Sequence record: SRR20825006_752
Strand: one strand, 5' to 3'
DNA: 35,142 nt
Shown one piece after another: positions 34,679 through 35,142 of this stretch. Made by a program: the position numbers and the translations under genes. Every line of letters starts with the position of its first letter. Position 1 is the stretch's first letter. A model generated the notes under the pieces. It was given only the letters and a program-made list of their open reading frames with translations. It did no database searches and was not told where the DNA came from.

Positions 34679-34853
34679 CGCGACTTCCGTTCGTAAAAAT
34701 AGATTAGAAGGGAAGAATGCAAAATCCTGTAGGCATGAGCAAGTGTGTTCGCTGATTGAGGCTCTGCCAAATTTTCGTGTCTCTTGAGTAGTCCGATTTA
34801 CGAAGTGTCCCTAGGTTCCGTGAACCTGTTGAACCTAAACTATGCTTGAAAAA

Positions 34854-34892
34854 TGGCCCAAAGGAGCCGTTTAAAAACAGTCCCTTGGGCCA
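34854..34892. other. Imperfect inverted repeat / hairpin near attR
   Basis: TGGCCCAAAGGA...TCCCTTGGGCCA. Confidence 0.4.
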
Positions 34893-35019
34893 GAAAACAA
34901 TGGGTTGGCGGCTACTTGCTTCGTTTATACTGAAGGACGCTCAAGTTTGAAATGCGCACTCACACGTGCACGCGAAAATAGCAAGATGGGCACCGTCCAA
35001 GTAAGGGCGCGTCATTTCA

Positions 35020-35031
35020 GTTACGCGTAAC
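35020..35031. repeat. Second copy of the GTTACGCGTAAC palindrome
   Basis: Identical to 73-84. Confidence 0.6.
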
Positions 35032-35112
35032 CGAAACATGCCAAACCAACTCCTGCGAACCATGATCAAATTAGGTGTAAAGGGGGATCATTAGGCGAAC
35101 ATTGCACTTGGA

Positions 35113-35142
35113 GCTGCCCTCCGAAGGCAGAGGCCACTGGTT
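35113..35142 (+). repeat. attR: duplicated 3' part of tRNA-Arg(CCG), cut by the window end
   Basis: GCTGCCCTCCGAAGGCAGAGGCCACTGGTT is an anticodon arm (CTGCC-CT CCG AA-GGCAG) plus the T-arm start; no D-arm or 5' acceptor strand upstream. Confidence 0.88.

Larger units (their letters stand above)
1..35142. mobile_element. Temperate siphovirus-like prophage (HK97-type head) integrated at tRNA-Arg(CCG)
   Basis: tRNA-derived sequence at both ends, integrase next to the tRNA, and an ordered set of immunity, replication, packaging, head, tail and lysis modules. Confidence 0.95.

Noticed and set aside
35113-35142. Second intact tRNA gene
   Set aside because: Upstream sequence lacks the 5' acceptor strand and D-arm; it is the att duplication.

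Overview
The window is one ~35.1 kb lambdoid/HK97-type siphoviral prophage, probably from a Rhodobacteraceae-like alphaproteobacterium (inferred from GapR, a CtrA-like DNA-binding domain, and RcGTA-type spike-base and holin genes). It is integrated at tRNA-Arg(CCG): the tRNA 3' end is at 1-29 and a partial tRNA copy is at 35113-35142. Gene order: frameshifted integrase/xis, early-left genes, DUF3800 + cI/cro switch with five 17-bp operators, early-right/replication genes with two antisense morons, HNH/terminase/portal/protease/capsid, head-tail and tail genes with a G-GGA-AAG frameshift, lysis, then a visibly more AT-rich cargo block. The cargo holds an SNase, a Cys-rich secreted protein, a complete PRTase + winged-helix + ncRNA + RT retron (type III-A-like, ncRNA 30555-30792 with a two-hairpin msd), an XRE-controlled BglII-like/D12-methylase restriction-modification module and a membrane protein. 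Main leads: (1) a family of short related sites (core GCGAANGTCGGCTTC) at the junctions between cargo modules, suggesting a cassette-type defence array; (2) the retron ncRNA architecture; (3) a DUF3800 gene coupled to cI with a structured RNA overlapping its 3' end. All protein calls come from motif recognition by eye; no searches were run.
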